A DNA stretch of 64,000 nt from Pecten maximus. Taxonomy: Eukaryota. Positions 24,901-39,900 of this stretch are shown in pieces. Position 1 is the stretch's first letter; every line of letters starts with the position of its first letter. Position numbers and translations under genes: made by a program. The DNA is taken from assembly GCF_902652985.1 (NCBI RefSeq), contig NC_047029.1, positions 34,658,001 to 34,722,000 of the forward strand. The letters are read 5' to 3'. The notes under the pieces were generated by a model. The model worked only from the letters and a program-made list of their open reading frames with translations, was not told the origin of the DNA and searched no databases.

Positions 24901-27900
24901 TACCAATAAATATTTACTAACTTAAGATATCCACTTACACAGAATGGTAAATAAACATTGTGTAATGCATGGCCTGTTGTATATCTTACCTAAGGTTGTT
25001 ATGGATGATAACACTAGGATCTGGAAGGGAAAGGAATGCCATGCCATATGTGACCCCCATATGAAAACGTTCGACGGCAGGTATCGTATCAATATCTTTT
25101 CAGGTCATCTGACCCAAAAGGGCAGGATGACCTATAGCTATCGTATTTCGTCCGTCGTCGCGCGCCGTGCTTAAGATTTTTTATTCCAAAACGCTACTTC
25201 TTCTTAACCCCAAGGCGGATTACTTCCAAAGGTTGAAAGCATCATTGGGGGAGTGCAATTATACTTTACATAAATAAGACTGATCCAACACCTGGGGACA
25301 GAGGGGCGGGGCCCAATAAGGGGAACTTTGATGAAATTTTACTTTAAAACCATATTCCTTCTTAACCTTTGGGTAGATTACAACCAAATTTAATGTGAAA
25401 CATCATTAGGGGAGGGCAATACTATTTGATACAAATGAGGCTGGTCCGACCACAAGTGATAGATGTGAGGGGCCCAAAAAGTTAAAAGCTAAAAGTTTGC
25501 TTTAAAACGCTGATCCTCCTTAATTCATTGGTGGATTACATCCAAATTCGTTGTGAAATATCATTGGGGTTGGACAATCTATTTGATATAAATGATGCTA
25601 GTATGACCCATAGAGCCCGATTGAGGGGTTCAAAAAGGGGAAGTTATGTGACATTTTGCTTTATACTTTACTCCGCCATATCCCTTGTGTGAATTATATC
25701 CAAATTAAATCGAAAACATTGTTTATGGAGGGCAATCATAGTTGATATAAATGAGGCTAGTGTGACCCCTGAGGACAAAGGAATGAGGCCCCAAAGAGGA
25801 ACTTAGTCGAAATTTTGCTTTAAAACGCTACCCCTCCTTAATGACATAATGAAGTGCAAACAAATTTGGTTTGAAACATTATAACATCATAAGTTATATA
25901 AAAGAGTCAGTTCCGATCTCTGGGAAAAAAGGGCGGGGTCCCCAAATGGAGAAATATTGCTTTAATTCGCTGCTGCTTTTCCTTAATGTCCTAATTGATT
26001 ACAACCTAATTAATATACATGCGGCTTGTCCGACCCATGGGGGGAAAAGGGGCATGGCCCCAAAATGGGAACTTGGCTGAGAATTTGCTTCAAAATGCTA
26101 CTCCTCCTTTAAGGCAAAATGGATAACAAGCAAATTTCATCTGAAACAACCGCCCACGAACAGAGAATTTATGGTAATGATGCTGTATTGAGGGGCGTGT
26201 CCCTCCCGTATGTGTTTGTTAGATGACCGTTTAGACCCTCTTGTTTGTTTTATGAACCGAGTTGCCTGTTTGTTAATTGTCACTGGATTTGTTTGCTGTC
26301 AATATTTGGTTTCCGTTTTTGTTAATCACATATCAACCGCTATTAACATTATATCCCAGCATACTTATGGAAGGAAGCCTGAACTTAACTTGAAGTTATA
26401 TGTTACATACAAGTACTAATTTTCACAATCTTTTCAGGAATTACGAAAATCAAAATGATGGAACTTTCTCTTTTGGAAACGACGATCCCAGTGAAAAGTT
26501 GAGGTATGTTTGTCTAACATCAACGAGGAGTATTAAAGCAATGCATAATAATGCACTGAGCCGTAGAATCTATGAATATGTCAGAGATATGGAATAAAAC
26601 CACAGCAACAGATTACTGTGATAAATTCCTCAAGGAATCAACATCATTTAACGCCTGTGCCAAACAAATTCCAGCCACAGACCCAGACAGCGCGATGGAC
26701 ACGTGCGTCCTTGATATTATGGTTTGTAAATTTGTGACGTTGTTGATATAAAAAAAAATTAAAAATCATACGAATTTAATGTATCAACGCCTGTGACCTC
26801 TGACCTACATAAAAGACAGAGTGCAGACGCCAAGATCATTCCTTGCGAGTCCTTAACGATAACGAAATCGAATTTTCTTTCAAAATTTACAAAATTTCTG
26901 TAGTTTTTCTTTGGAAATCATGGGCAGTAAAATTACGACACTTGAAATATTGAATATTGGGACAGTTTGACAACTTAGCTTAGGACTGCTTTGTTATTAC
27001 CATATCGTAGTAAACTAACAATGTTGAACATATCTAAATTCTACTTAGCTTTCAGGCCAACCGAAACTATACACCACGCCCATGCTTCGGAATAACTGGT
27101 TTTATTATGAACTGAATAGTCATATGTGGCTAATATAGATATATCCTCATCCCTTTCCCTCATAACAAATCCGTCAGAGTCCATGATGTACCTTTGGCTA
27201 CTAAGATATATTCGGTTGTAGAGCATGATGCTGCAGGATGCTATGATTTGAATATGAACTTAATTTGTCCATGAACATTCTTTTATGCCAGCTATCACGG
27301 ACGGACACACGGACAAAGTGATTATTACTCACCCCCTTTACTAAGTAGGGGTATAACTTATAGTACATGTACTATCTGCTTATTGGTTTTTCTAAATACT
27401 CCATAAATACTCAAACGTCATATATATTGATTGTGATAAGAAATATTTCTGAACGTTCCGAAAACAATGCATCACTAACGAAAAGATATTAAGGGAATAC
27501 CATATCAAATCTGTCTGAGCATCGAATATGACACTCCATGTCCTTTTTTCAACGTACGAATCAACTGTTTTGTCTATTGTCATATTTAATTTTAATTCTA
27601 TGTTTAAAACACTTATAATGTGTAGGCTACCCAGACAACAATGTGGGCTTCATCAGCACGGGAATCATTAAAGTCCGTCTGTATGAAGGAGTTAAAACAG
27701 AACACTACTTACCACGAGGATGAAGCTGGTGACAAACGTTCCATTGCCCAGCAAATCAAGGAGATCACGTGTCCTAACGAATGTAATGGACATGGTCAGT
27801 GTAGTAACGGTAAGTTGTGTTGACTTTCGTAACGACCAATTAAGCAGGAATGGTCTTAGAGTAGTAAGGTCAAGTGACACATCTCCTACATATAAATCTA

Positions 27901-30900
27901 ATCTGTAAGGATGTAACATATTAATCTGTTGATATATCTTAGATATTAATGTGTCACGATATTAGATATAAATACGATGTTGCTATGTTACAAAATAGAT
28001 TATATTATTATCTCTTACTATGTGACAAAATGAATCATATAAAATCTGTAGATATGTCATATACATATATATTATATATGTCGCATTGCTTACTTCAATT
28101 ATTGCAGCATAACAACTAATATGACTGGACATTGGCCTTGTTTACTTGTTAAATCGTTGCCATTTCTGGGACACCTCTGAATTCATGAAACAATACTGCA
28201 ACGGGTTTATTAACCTTCAATTTACCGACCAAAACGAGTATTGCCCTTGGTAAAGGGCTCACACAACTAAATGTTTTAATACATGATATTACTTGTGACT
28301 CCATCCCTTCATTCGTTCATTTTTAGTTCAATGATATGAAATTGATGTCAAATTAAAGTTTGAAGTTTTCACTTCCTGATAAATAATGTTATTGTATAGG
28401 TTTAATATCAATTAAGAGCACACACTCACTCGAAAGACAGTAACCCTAACTTTTACAGTGCACCAAGGAACCCCCACCTAAGGAAATCCCGCCTTTTTAC
28501 ACTTGGAATCCTACGTCATTCTATTTCTAGAAGGAGTGTATATTTTTGATTTTATAAATCTCAAGACCCTACTCTTTATGCTCGTATATAGAAAGTACCT
28601 ATTTCATACTCTATATACTCAGGAAAACAGCTACAAACCTAAGAAACGCGTTTTATTAAGGGACTTGGTTCAGGTGAAACACCAGCGGATTTGCTGATTT
28701 AGTGGTGTGAATCGTTTATATATGTAATTCGGAAAAGAAACACAAATATTCCTGACTGTTTGTAGGTACTTGTGTGTGCGATACAGATTTCGGTGCCGCT
28801 GACTGCTCCATAGACATTCGTCAACCCCCTCGTATGTATGGTATTAACCTTGACACCAACGGTACATGCGATCTGAATACATGTCAGGCTGCCATTGTGG
28901 AAGGAGAGACGTTCATCGATACCCTCAACCTTACCTGTCATAATACCTTATATCAGGTGATTACCATATCGTTATGAATATCATTTGACTGATTTGATTA
29001 ATCAATGACATAATTATTTGCGTAAGCTTTTTCACAGGAAATTAAAAGATTTCCAAATGAGAACGTCCTTCTAGATCTAAGTAAAGGGCAAAACTAGGAC
29101 CACGATGATCACCACATGTACGTACCTGACCAGAGATTCGGGGCACACATTGCATACGCCAGATTCTGATAAAACGAGTCCACGCACGCACGCAACGTTG
29201 TTTTGTAGATTCTAACGTCAAATTAATCAGTAATCTAGCAGCATGTGCTTAAATGGCAAGTCTTTATAAACAACTTGCTTCTTTAGTAAGGACAAAAATG
29301 GTTGATTTTGATGTTTTTCAGTTAGACAATGAATATTTCACTGTTACAGGACCGAACGGTAAGCATTTTAAGCACGTGAATATTGGCATCATATACGACC
29401 GTGGATACGGACGCCGAGGACAGTGAAGTTCATACGTCCTTATAAACATCATTTCTAAACGACATATACTCCTATAATTTTATTGTCCTTTGAAATCCTC
29501 CACGTGTGATATCGGAAATCCTTTATGTATCAGTTTAATTAACGACGAAATCCTATCCTACTTTATCTTACTTCTAGATACACAGGGATGGTACCGAAAT
29601 GTTGATTATGAAGTGGAAATCACACGCCCAATTTAATACCCTTGTGGAGGTCTTCTGTCCATTTCCGAATGTACTTGAGCGATCCGGATAAGGACGGATT
29701 CGCCTACAGATGGTCAGTCACGGTCAGCAATGACGGTCAACATCCAGGACAGGTGTCAGACCTGATAGTCTATAACGGAATATGCCAAAATGTCGTGAAA
29801 AATGAGAACACATCGTCGGTTCAGTTGAAAGTATGTACAACTCTTGTAAATGTTAATTTAACATCGTTAATGGTATTTCATGCCTCAGATAAATGAAGAC
29901 AGCAAAGAATCATCTTTGAAATTAAAAAAAAATCACAAATATGTACAGCCTAGCATTCACGGATTTCTCTTAATGAAATTTAACAAATCTTGCAAATTTC
30001 TCGTATCAAAAGCAAAACAAATATCAGTATTATAATCAAACAAAATCTCCCATCTGGAAGTTTGATATCAGTCAATCTCAGTAGCTTATTGATACTTAAA
30101 GGGAAACTTATATGAAGACTTATAGCCTGTCAGTATATCATTTCAATGTCTTGTGGAGACATCTTCATGTCTTTTTGGAGGTTTTTATTTGGTTAACCCC
30201 ACACTGGCTTATTATTTTATGTTAAAGTGATATTTTCTATGTATTTGGTATATAGAAGTAATTTCAGTATCATTTATTACAGTTTTTAGTAATTAATGAA
30301 TGTTTTGTCACCCTCTGTGAGGGTTGCCTTATTAATTCAATACAGTTGTCGAGTTGTATCTAGTGTGTAGATGCATAAATAATATTACCAAATGATTCCA
30401 TTGCCCAAAAAGCGTGCGTGATATAGTTTTCATATCTATATATTTATATAATTTCATATTTCTTTAGGACAACTTCTGCTTCATAAATGGCATCTGTGTA
30501 CCAGAGGGAATTACAAATTCATCGGATTTATGTCAGATATGCCAGATAACTGACCAGATGTCCAGATTTCAATGGAGCAGAAATCCAGGTACTCGTGTGT
30601 ATATGTATATATATATCTGTGCATCGAGCATCGTGCAGGGTATGGATGACAATTGCCTTTCTTCGTCATGTGTCAGGGATTATCCTACTATAGAAACAGG
30701 GTCCGTTAAAAGGACCCACTCCCCAAAAAAAATTCTTGTGAAAATTCCTACACACAATTTGCCAATAAAAAATTCCCAATTTTGAAGTAACTTTTGAACG
30801 ATTAAGTATGCCTTATATACAAAGACCTATACTAAGGCAATTTTGAAAAATAAAAAAAAAAACAGCCACAGATAACAAAATGAAATCAAAAATGATAAAA

Positions 30901-33900
30901 AGGCAACATTCATCAACGAAAAACTGAAATTTGTATGAATTTCACTATTTTTTGTTTTTCCCAATACCACATTTTGTCGCGTAGAAATTTCTAATGGACC
31001 CAGTTGTAGGACAATGAACTGATTTCTTTCTTTTATCTTCTTCCTATGATTGCATTGCCTTCCTACATGTAAATCGACATACATAGACTGCTCTTATATC
31101 CCAACAGGAATCGGCGACTGTGCTGAAAAACAAACTACTACCCCTACGTTGGTACTGGTTAATAAAACATGTAAGTTTTGAAGTAAAATTAAACTTCACA
31201 TCATGTTCATTCTTCGCAGAGAAATCTGATTAATCTATAGCAGATTTTAGTTTTAAATAGTGTACATAGTGATACGGCCGACTTCTAGCTTCGGGCTAGG
31301 GGGCTTTTCTCTAACGACATTTGGAAGAGCAGTTGACCAGTAAGGCGAGGGTCAAGAGTTCGATCCCCAGTGACAAATCAAATACCTTGTGTATTACTTG
31401 GACTTATGACATAATCCCTAAAACTTATTGTCGTCTGCAATTCCGGCGAGATTTACAGTATAAATATACTTTAATATCAATCTTTCATTTATAATGAAAT
31501 ATGCATGTATTTCTTCGATGGAATTTAGAATAAGTAAATTATATATTTGCACGTTTGCATTGCTATTTGAACCTTTGTTTTTACTTTCATGTATAAATTA
31601 TACGATTAATGACTTGATACAGTAGTATACGTTCACTATCTATGTTAAAACGAGGCCAACGCAGTCCTATACCCAGTCAGAATTATTAGTTATTTCTTTT
31701 ATTATAAGTATCTACGTGCATTTAATTTCCCCTCGTTATTACTTAAACTAATTATTTCACTATTCGTTTTAAAGCTTTGCCACCAAAGTTTGAGATCCAG
31801 AAACCTTCCGTGAATGTTTCACTCGTCGACAAACTAAGCCCAGTGTTTAACATTAACGTTCAAAGTTTAGAATTCGTGTGTGACTTTACCTTATTGAGTG
31901 AGGACGTCCTTTACCAAGTTATATGGTATATAGACGGGAAGGAAATCAATGAAACCAAGATTGCCAACGGAACGGATGTTGATAATTTAGTTTTGGAAGA
32001 ACGAACGGGCCAACTGGAAAAACTGGGAGTCCATGTAAATATTAAAGTTTGCTACAATTTCTGACAAACTTTCCCAAATTTATTTTCTTATACACTGTCC
32101 TGAGCACACAATGAGTAATCACACAAAGGAAAAAAATAATAATGTCAAGCTTTTTAATTTCTTGTTTGTTTCCATGGAACTTTATTGAACAGGTGGCCGC
32201 ATCAAAACGGTTTTAAATTCATTAGTAAGCATTTAAACTCGAATATATAAAGAACTATTTAGGGAATACCCTAATCGCAAGAAATAAATGAACAAATGAT
32301 TAACGAAAACTATATTTTTCCTCCTAACTAATTAATTTTACTTCGTAGGTGACGTGTGCTGTGAGAGCACTTCCAACAAATGGCGTGCCTGGAAAACTGT
32401 CTCCAAGAAGTGACCCATTCTATGCTGGGATTGCGGTAAGTACACATAATATGTATATATATATTATAACAGTTATATTAATTTAATCAGTATTGTTGGC
32501 CCAGATGGAAGTTATGTAACAAAATACAAACTTATATAAACAATATTGCTGGGGAAGATGGAAGTTAACAAATGTTTAACTTATATAAACAATATTGTTG
32601 GCCAAGATGGAGTTTTCATCACAAGTGTTCATGCATGCTGTAGGATCAAATCACGATTGACCGTTAAGTTGAAATTGGGCACTTTCTTTCGAAGGTGCAT
32701 CACTGGAAAGATATAAAGAGTGGCCAATATTATGGGTAATTGGTGTAAAAACCTAATGTTTATTTGGAAGTTAAATAATCACAATAATTAATTCTAAATA
32801 ATTGTTGTGTTTATCCAGACTACACCTTCCGTAACCTTGTACAGAGACAAAGTCACTGCATTCATTGTTGTCAAACCTACGGTTCCCATTGGCTGCCCGG
32901 CATTATATCAAGATGGCTGTGAGGTTGTAGTAGAACTGATTCTTCCCGAGACATATAAATGTAGGTAAGAAACAGCAAATATATAGGTCGGAGCCCTCTT
33001 GTACTGGTAAGTATGTGCAAAAGGCATCACACTGTTAGCAAGGTAGATACATGTATATGAATTGAATCTTTTCCCTGAACTTGTAAAGAAAACGTATGGT
33101 ATTGGAATCTCAGTATGTTCAGAAACACATGATTCTCTCATTTCCTATTTTATTGCGGGTGATGAACTTGCATGCTTTCTTCTGTACACTTGAGGTGATT
33201 TCTTATAGAACAAAATTGTTCCGGCGTTGTCTCTGGGCGATGACAGTATGGAGCTTATCATATTTTGTCCTACTTTGATAAATTGATTGGTCATTTTGAT
33301 AGTAACCTGAAATAAGGCAACCGTCATTTTTTCTCAATAAATATCTTCAGTTATACATCAAATCATGAATGTATTGCCAAAGTGTTAGGCATTTATAGTT
33401 AAATTTTCAAACAGGAACTTTATCTAAATTGCAAGTGTAATTGTTTCATGCATGTTTAATATGGAGGGTATTAAATTTGACGAAGTGTAGAGATAAACTC
33501 TGGAGCAAAGATGGAACCAGTTAATTTATACTCATGTAGAGGCAGTGTAGGGGCCATTCTGCCTGTCGGGGCCCAGACATGTGGTAAACACATCCGCCAT
33601 GACGAGTGGGATCAAGAACACAAGATCTACATCGCTTGGTTGGATGACCAGACATATAACGGACATCCGGACAGTTACAGAGTTAATCTTCGTACGGCTG
33701 TCAACAACTACAATCCGATCTGGAGTAATGTCGCACTTGATGACGTCAACGTATGTATAGATCATTGTCATTCAAATAATGTTATAAAACTCATAGACAT
33801 GTAAAACGGTTGTGAATGTACATTCATGACGTTTACAAAAGTCTAGATAACACGTATAATCAGGAACGATGACATTAATCAGTACAGCTTTGATAGAGAA

Positions 33901-36900
33901 AGCAATATTGTTTGGTATTATTGTCTAAACGTTCTTTTAGTTTGTAACACACGATTGGAGTAACCATAGCCACTTCTTTCCTTTTAAACTAAACTTGAGT
34001 TTACCAATAAATATTTACTAACTTAAGATATCCACTTACACAGAATGGTAAATAAACATTGTGTAATGCATGGCCTGTTGTATATCTTACCTAAGGTTGT
34101 TATGGATGATAACACTAGGATCTGGAAGGGAAAGGAATGCCATGCCATATGTGACCCCCATATGAAAACGTTCGACGGCAGGTATCGTATCAATATCTTT
34201 TCAGGTCATCTGACCCAAAAGGGCAGGATGACCTATAGCTATCGTATTTCGTCCGTCGTCGCGCGCCGTGCTTAAGATTTTTTATTCCAAAACGCTACTT
34301 CTTCTTAACCCCAAGGCGGATTACTTCCAAAGGTTGAAAGCATCATTGGGGGAGTGCAATTATACTTTACATAAATAAGACTGATCCAACACCTGGGGAC
34401 AGAGGGGCGGGGCCCAATAAGGGGAACTTTGATGAATTTTACTTTAAAACCATATTCCTTCTTAACCTTTGGGTAGATTACAACCAAATTTAATGTGAAA
34501 CATCATTAGGGGAGGGCAATACTATTTGATACAAATGAGGCTGGTCCGACCACAAGTGATAGATGTGAGGGGCCCAAAAAGTTAAAAGCTAAAAGTTTGC
34601 TTTAAAACGCTGATCCTCCTTAATTCATTGGTGGATTACATCCAAATTCGTTGTGAAATATCATTGGGGTTGGACAATCTATTTGATATAAATGATGCTA
34701 GTATGACCCATAGAGCCCGATTGAGGGGTTCAAAAAGGGGAAGTTATGTGACATTTTGCTTTATACTTTACTCCGCCATATCCCTTGTGTGAATTATATC
34801 CAAATTAAATCTAAAACATTGTTTATGGAGGGCAATCATAGTTGATATAAATGAGGCTAGTGTGACCCCTGAGGACAAAGGAATGAGGCCCCAAAGAGGA
34901 ACTTAGTCGAAATTTTGCTTTAAAACGCTACCCCTCCTTAATGACATAATGAAGTGCAAACAAATTTGGTTTGAAACATTATAACATCATAAGTTATATA
35001 AAAGAGTCAGTTCCGATCTCTGGGAAAAAAGGGCGGGGTCCCCAAATGGAGAAATATTGCTTTAATTCGCTGCTGCTTTTCCTTAATGTCCTAATTGATT
35101 ACAACCTAATTAATATACATGCGGCTTGTCCGACCCATGGAGGGAAAAGGGGCATGGCCCCAAAATGGGAACTTGGCTGAGAATTTGCTTCAAAATGCTA
35201 CTCCTCCTTTAAGGCAAAATGGATAAAAAGCAAATTTCATCTGAAACAACCGCCCACGAACAGAGAATTTATGGTAATGATGCTGTATTGAGGGGCGTGT
35301 CCCTCCCGTATGTGTTTGTTAGATGACCGTTTAGACCCTCTTGTTTGTTTTATGAACCGAGTTGCCTGTTTGTTAATTGTCACTGGATTTGTATGCTGTC
35401 AATATTTGGTTTCCGTTTTTGTTAATCACATATCAACCGCTATTAACATTATATCCCAGCATACTTATGGAAGGAAGCCTGAACTTAACTTGAAGTTATA
35501 TGTTACATACAAGTACTAATTTTCACAATCTTTTCAGGAATTACGAGAATCAAAATGATGGAACTTTCATCTTTTATGGAAACGACGATCCCAGTAGAAA
35601 AGTTGAGGTAATGTTTGTCTAACATCAACGAGGATGTATTAAAGCAATGCATTAATAATGCACTGAAGCCGTAGAATCATATGAATATGGAATATCAAAG
35701 ATAAGAGATATGGCATTAATTTGTGTTACAAACGTCATACAGTGTGTATGTTTTGTGTTGAACAGGTGCAAATGAAGGTAACACCGTGTAACCCTCCGGC
35801 TCACGTGTTTTGTGTGTGCGCCATTGCAGTACGGGCAGGTGGCGACGTCTTCGTCATCGATCGGTGTCCTGGAATATATCGCAACATATTCGAGTTCCGC
35901 TCATGTGAAGACCACATTTTGGACGTCAGAAAAATCAACGAAAATATGTACAAAGTACTGTCATACACCAATAGCAATCGTTTATAATCCAAATGTTATT
36001 CTACGTTCGACTGGCTATTTATCCATTTCTTATAAAGCAAGTCGTTTTCTCTTTAGTACAATTCATCAAGAACATTTCTACAGAAATCTATGTATGTAAA
36101 TCCATTGCCAATAACATAATGAACTAAATATATTTGCATTTCTTCTCAGATATACTTACCCAGCGGCACCTACCTGAGCGCTTATTTGCGGCATTATACC
36201 GGGAAGGACGTCATGGACCTACACATGTATCCGTCCGCTGCCGACACCTTTCATACACGCGGGCTATGTGGGACGCTAAATGGACGAACGGACGATGATT
36301 TTACCAAATCTGATGGGCAAATAACAACCGATAATAATATCTTCGCCACCTCGTGGAGGTAATGTTTTTTATACTTATCAATGTTGGGCATGATTTAAAA
36401 ATGGCTGATATTTTAGTCGGTGAACGGTGAAGCAACAGAAGTTTGTATATTTGTTGCTTTGACAATTGTAACTTCTGTTTGTTAGAGTCACTGAGAAGGA
36501 CGATAACCTCATCACAATGTCTGCTGATGCTCTGGAAAAGTTGCCTTCATGGAATGTGACAGAGAATACACAGTTCTGCACTTGTAACGGTCCGTCACGA
36601 AACATTTCCTGCACACGCAGTGCTATAGCAACTTGTGTTAGAGAGGACGAAACACCTGTAATTAAACAGAATAAATGTAAGATCAGGAGGTCAAGGTCAT
36701 TGCGCCCGATTTCTCTGATGCCCAACACTACCCAACCCACCATGGTAAGTACACAGCGGAATATAGCTTTTGTAACGGTCCCTGCAACTGTCCACACATT
36801 ACTGAAGATGATTATACACATTGTCAATACAATTTAATATTTATTGTTACAAACATTTTCATTGGCTTATGTTATGAGCCCATCAGCTAAAACTGGCGTT

Positions 36901-39900
36901 GCACTTTGCAATCACCAAAGGGGAATTTCCACAGGGATAGTGTAAAGTAGATGAAATTATAAGGATAAACATGAAAACATTTTTGAGGTTATGGAGTATT
37001 ATGACACATTGATAGAAGTAATATAGTTAATCGTTGAATTACTTAAATTTCAGAGGTACTGAATATATATATCAATAGTTAAATGTGCACATGCCACTAT
37101 AGCCTATTATTTGTAGTTCTACCAAGTTTGTCTGCTTATAAGCATTTAATAAATCGGAACTAGATCGTCTCCTGTGAAGGTCAATGCACAATTATCTTTT
37201 TTAGACGGGTCCTCCAAAGCAGATATGGAATAAAACCACAGCAACAGATTACTGTGATAAATTCCTCAAGGAATCATCATCATTTAACGCCTGTGTCAAA
37301 CAAATTCCAGCCACAGACCCAGACAGCGCGATGGACACGTGCGTCCTTGATATTATGGTTTGTATATTTGTGACGTTGTTGATATAAAATTTAAAAAAAA
37401 ATTTTTTTTTTAAATCATACGAATTTAATATATCAACGCCTGTGACCTCTGACCTACATAAAAGACAGACTGCAGACGCCAAGATCATTCCTTGCGAGTC
37501 CTTAACGATAACGAAATCGAATTTTCTTTCAAAATTTACAAAATTTCTGTAGTTTTTCTTTGGAAATCATGGGCAGTAAAATTACGCCCCTTGGAATACC
37601 CGGGTATTGAATATTGGGTCAGTTTGACAACTTAGCTTAGGACTGCTTTGTTATTACCATATCGTAGTAAACTAACAATGTTGAACATATCTAAATTCTA
37701 CTTAGCTTTCAGGCCAACCGAAACTGTATTTATATACACCACGCCCGTGCTTCGGAATAACTGGTTTTATTATGAACTGAATAGTCATATGTGGCTAATA
37801 TAGATATATCCTCATCCCTTTCCCTCATAACAAATCCGTCAGAGTCCATGATGTACCTTTGGCTACTAAGATATATTCGGTTGTAGAGCATGATGCTGCA
37901 GGATGCTATGATTTGAATATGATCTTAATCTGTCCATGAACATTCTTTTATGCCAGCTATCACGGACGGACACACGGACAAAGTGATTATTACTCACCCC
38001 CTTTACTAAGTAGGGGTATAACTTATAGTACATGTACTATCTGCTTATCGGTTTTTCTAAATACTCCATAAATACTCAAACGTCATATATATTGATTGTG
38101 ATAAGAAATATTTCTGAACGTTCCGAAAACAATGCATCAATAACGAAAAGATATTAAGGGAATACCATATCAACCTGTCTGAGCATCGAATATGACACTC
38201 CGTGTCCTTTTTTCAACGAACGAATCAACTGTTTTGTATATTGTCATATTTAATTTTAACTCTATGTTTAAAACACTTATAATGTGTAGGCTACCCAGAC
38301 AACAATGTGGGCTTCATCAGCACGGGAATCATTAAAGTCCGTCTGTATGAAGGAGTTAAAACAGAACACTACTTACCACGAGGATGAATCTGGTGACAAA
38401 CGTTCCATTGCCCAGCAAATCAAGGAGATCACGTGTCCTAACGAATGTAATGGACATGGTCAGTGTAGTAACGGTAAGATTTGTTTACAATCTTAACGGT
38501 CAATCAAAACAGAAATAGACTAAAGTAGTAAGGCTAAGTGAAAGATATCCTATCTATAGATAATATCTGTTATTGTGTACCATATGAATCTGTTGATATA
38601 TCTTAGATATTAATTATGTGTTACGATATTAGCTAAACATAAGAAGTTGCTATGTTACAAAATCAACTATATTAGTATTTGTTACTTTGTTACATAATGA
38701 ATCATATAAAATATGTTACATACATGTATATTATATATTATGTCGCTAAGCTTACTTCAATTATTGCAGCATAACAGCTAATATAACAGGACACTGGCCT
38801 GTTTATTTGAAGTATATATCATTGCCATTTCTGGGACACCTCTGAATTCATCAAAAATACTGAAACAAGTTTATTAACCCTCAGTTTACCGACCAAAATG
38901 AGTATCGCCCTTGGTAAAGGGCTCACACAACTAAATGTTTTAATACATGATATTACTTGTGACTCCATCCCTTCATTCGTTCATTTTTAGTTCAATGATA
39001 TGAAATTGATGTCAAATTAAAGTTTGAAGTTTTCACTTCCTGATAAATAATGTTATTGTATAGGTTTAATATCAATTAAGAGCACACACTCACTCGAAAG
39101 ACAGTAACCCTAACATTTACAGTGCACCAATGAACCCCCACCTAAGGAAATCCCGCCTTTTTACACTTGGAATCCTACGTCATTCTATTTCTAGAAGGAG
39201 TGTATATTTTTGATTTTATAAATCTCAAGGCCCTACTCTCTATGCTCGTATATAGAAAGTACCCATTTCATACTCCATTTACTCAGGAAAACAGCTACAA
39301 ACCTAAGAAACGCGTTTTCTTAAGGGACTTTGTTTAGGTGAAACACCAGCGGATTTGCTGATTTAGTGGTGCGAATCCTTTATATATGCAATTCGGAAAA
39401 GAAACAAAAATATTCCTGACTGTTTGTAGGTACTTGTGTGTGCGATACAGATTTCGGTGCCGCTGACTGCTCCATAAACATTCGTCAACCCCCTCGTATG
39501 TATGGTGTTAACCTTGACACCAACGGTACATGCGATCTGAATACATGTCAGACGGCAATTGTGGAAGGAGAGACGTTCATCGATAACTTCAACCTTACCT
39601 GTCATAATACCTTATACCAGGTAATTACCATATCGTTATGAATATCATATTCAGGGTTGATCAATGACATAATTATTTCCGTGAGCTGTTTCATATGAAC
39701 TTAAAAGATTTCCAAATGAGAACGTCCTTTTAGGTCTAAGTAAAGGGTGATAACACATGTACGTGCCTGACCAGAGGTTCAGGTGCACGAATCGCATACG
39801 GCAGATTCTGATAAAGCAAGTCCACGCACACACGCAACGTTGTTTTGTAGATTCTAACGTCAAATTAATCAGTAATCTAGCAGCATGTGCTTAAATGGTA

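Noticed and set aside
25871-26080. 69-aa ORF conserved in three copies
   Set aside because: Lies inside the non-coding HINE core; its identity reflects the recent segmental duplication.
28441-28450. TAACCCTAAC as a telomerase RNA template (also near 39104 and 58111)
   Set aside because: A short match inside duplicated introns or a repeat, with no supporting pseudoknot, CR4/5 or H/ACA structure that I could see; compatible with chance.
31310-31375. tRNA gene (GAGTTCGATCCC B-box; also about 42010 and 55800)
   Set aside because: No complete cloverleaf or acceptor stem; more likely decayed SINE heads.
36378-36827. 149-aa minus-strand ORF (and the 147-aa ORF at 47188-47631)
   Set aside because: Antisense shadow of VWDE module exon 9; the ends differ between copies.
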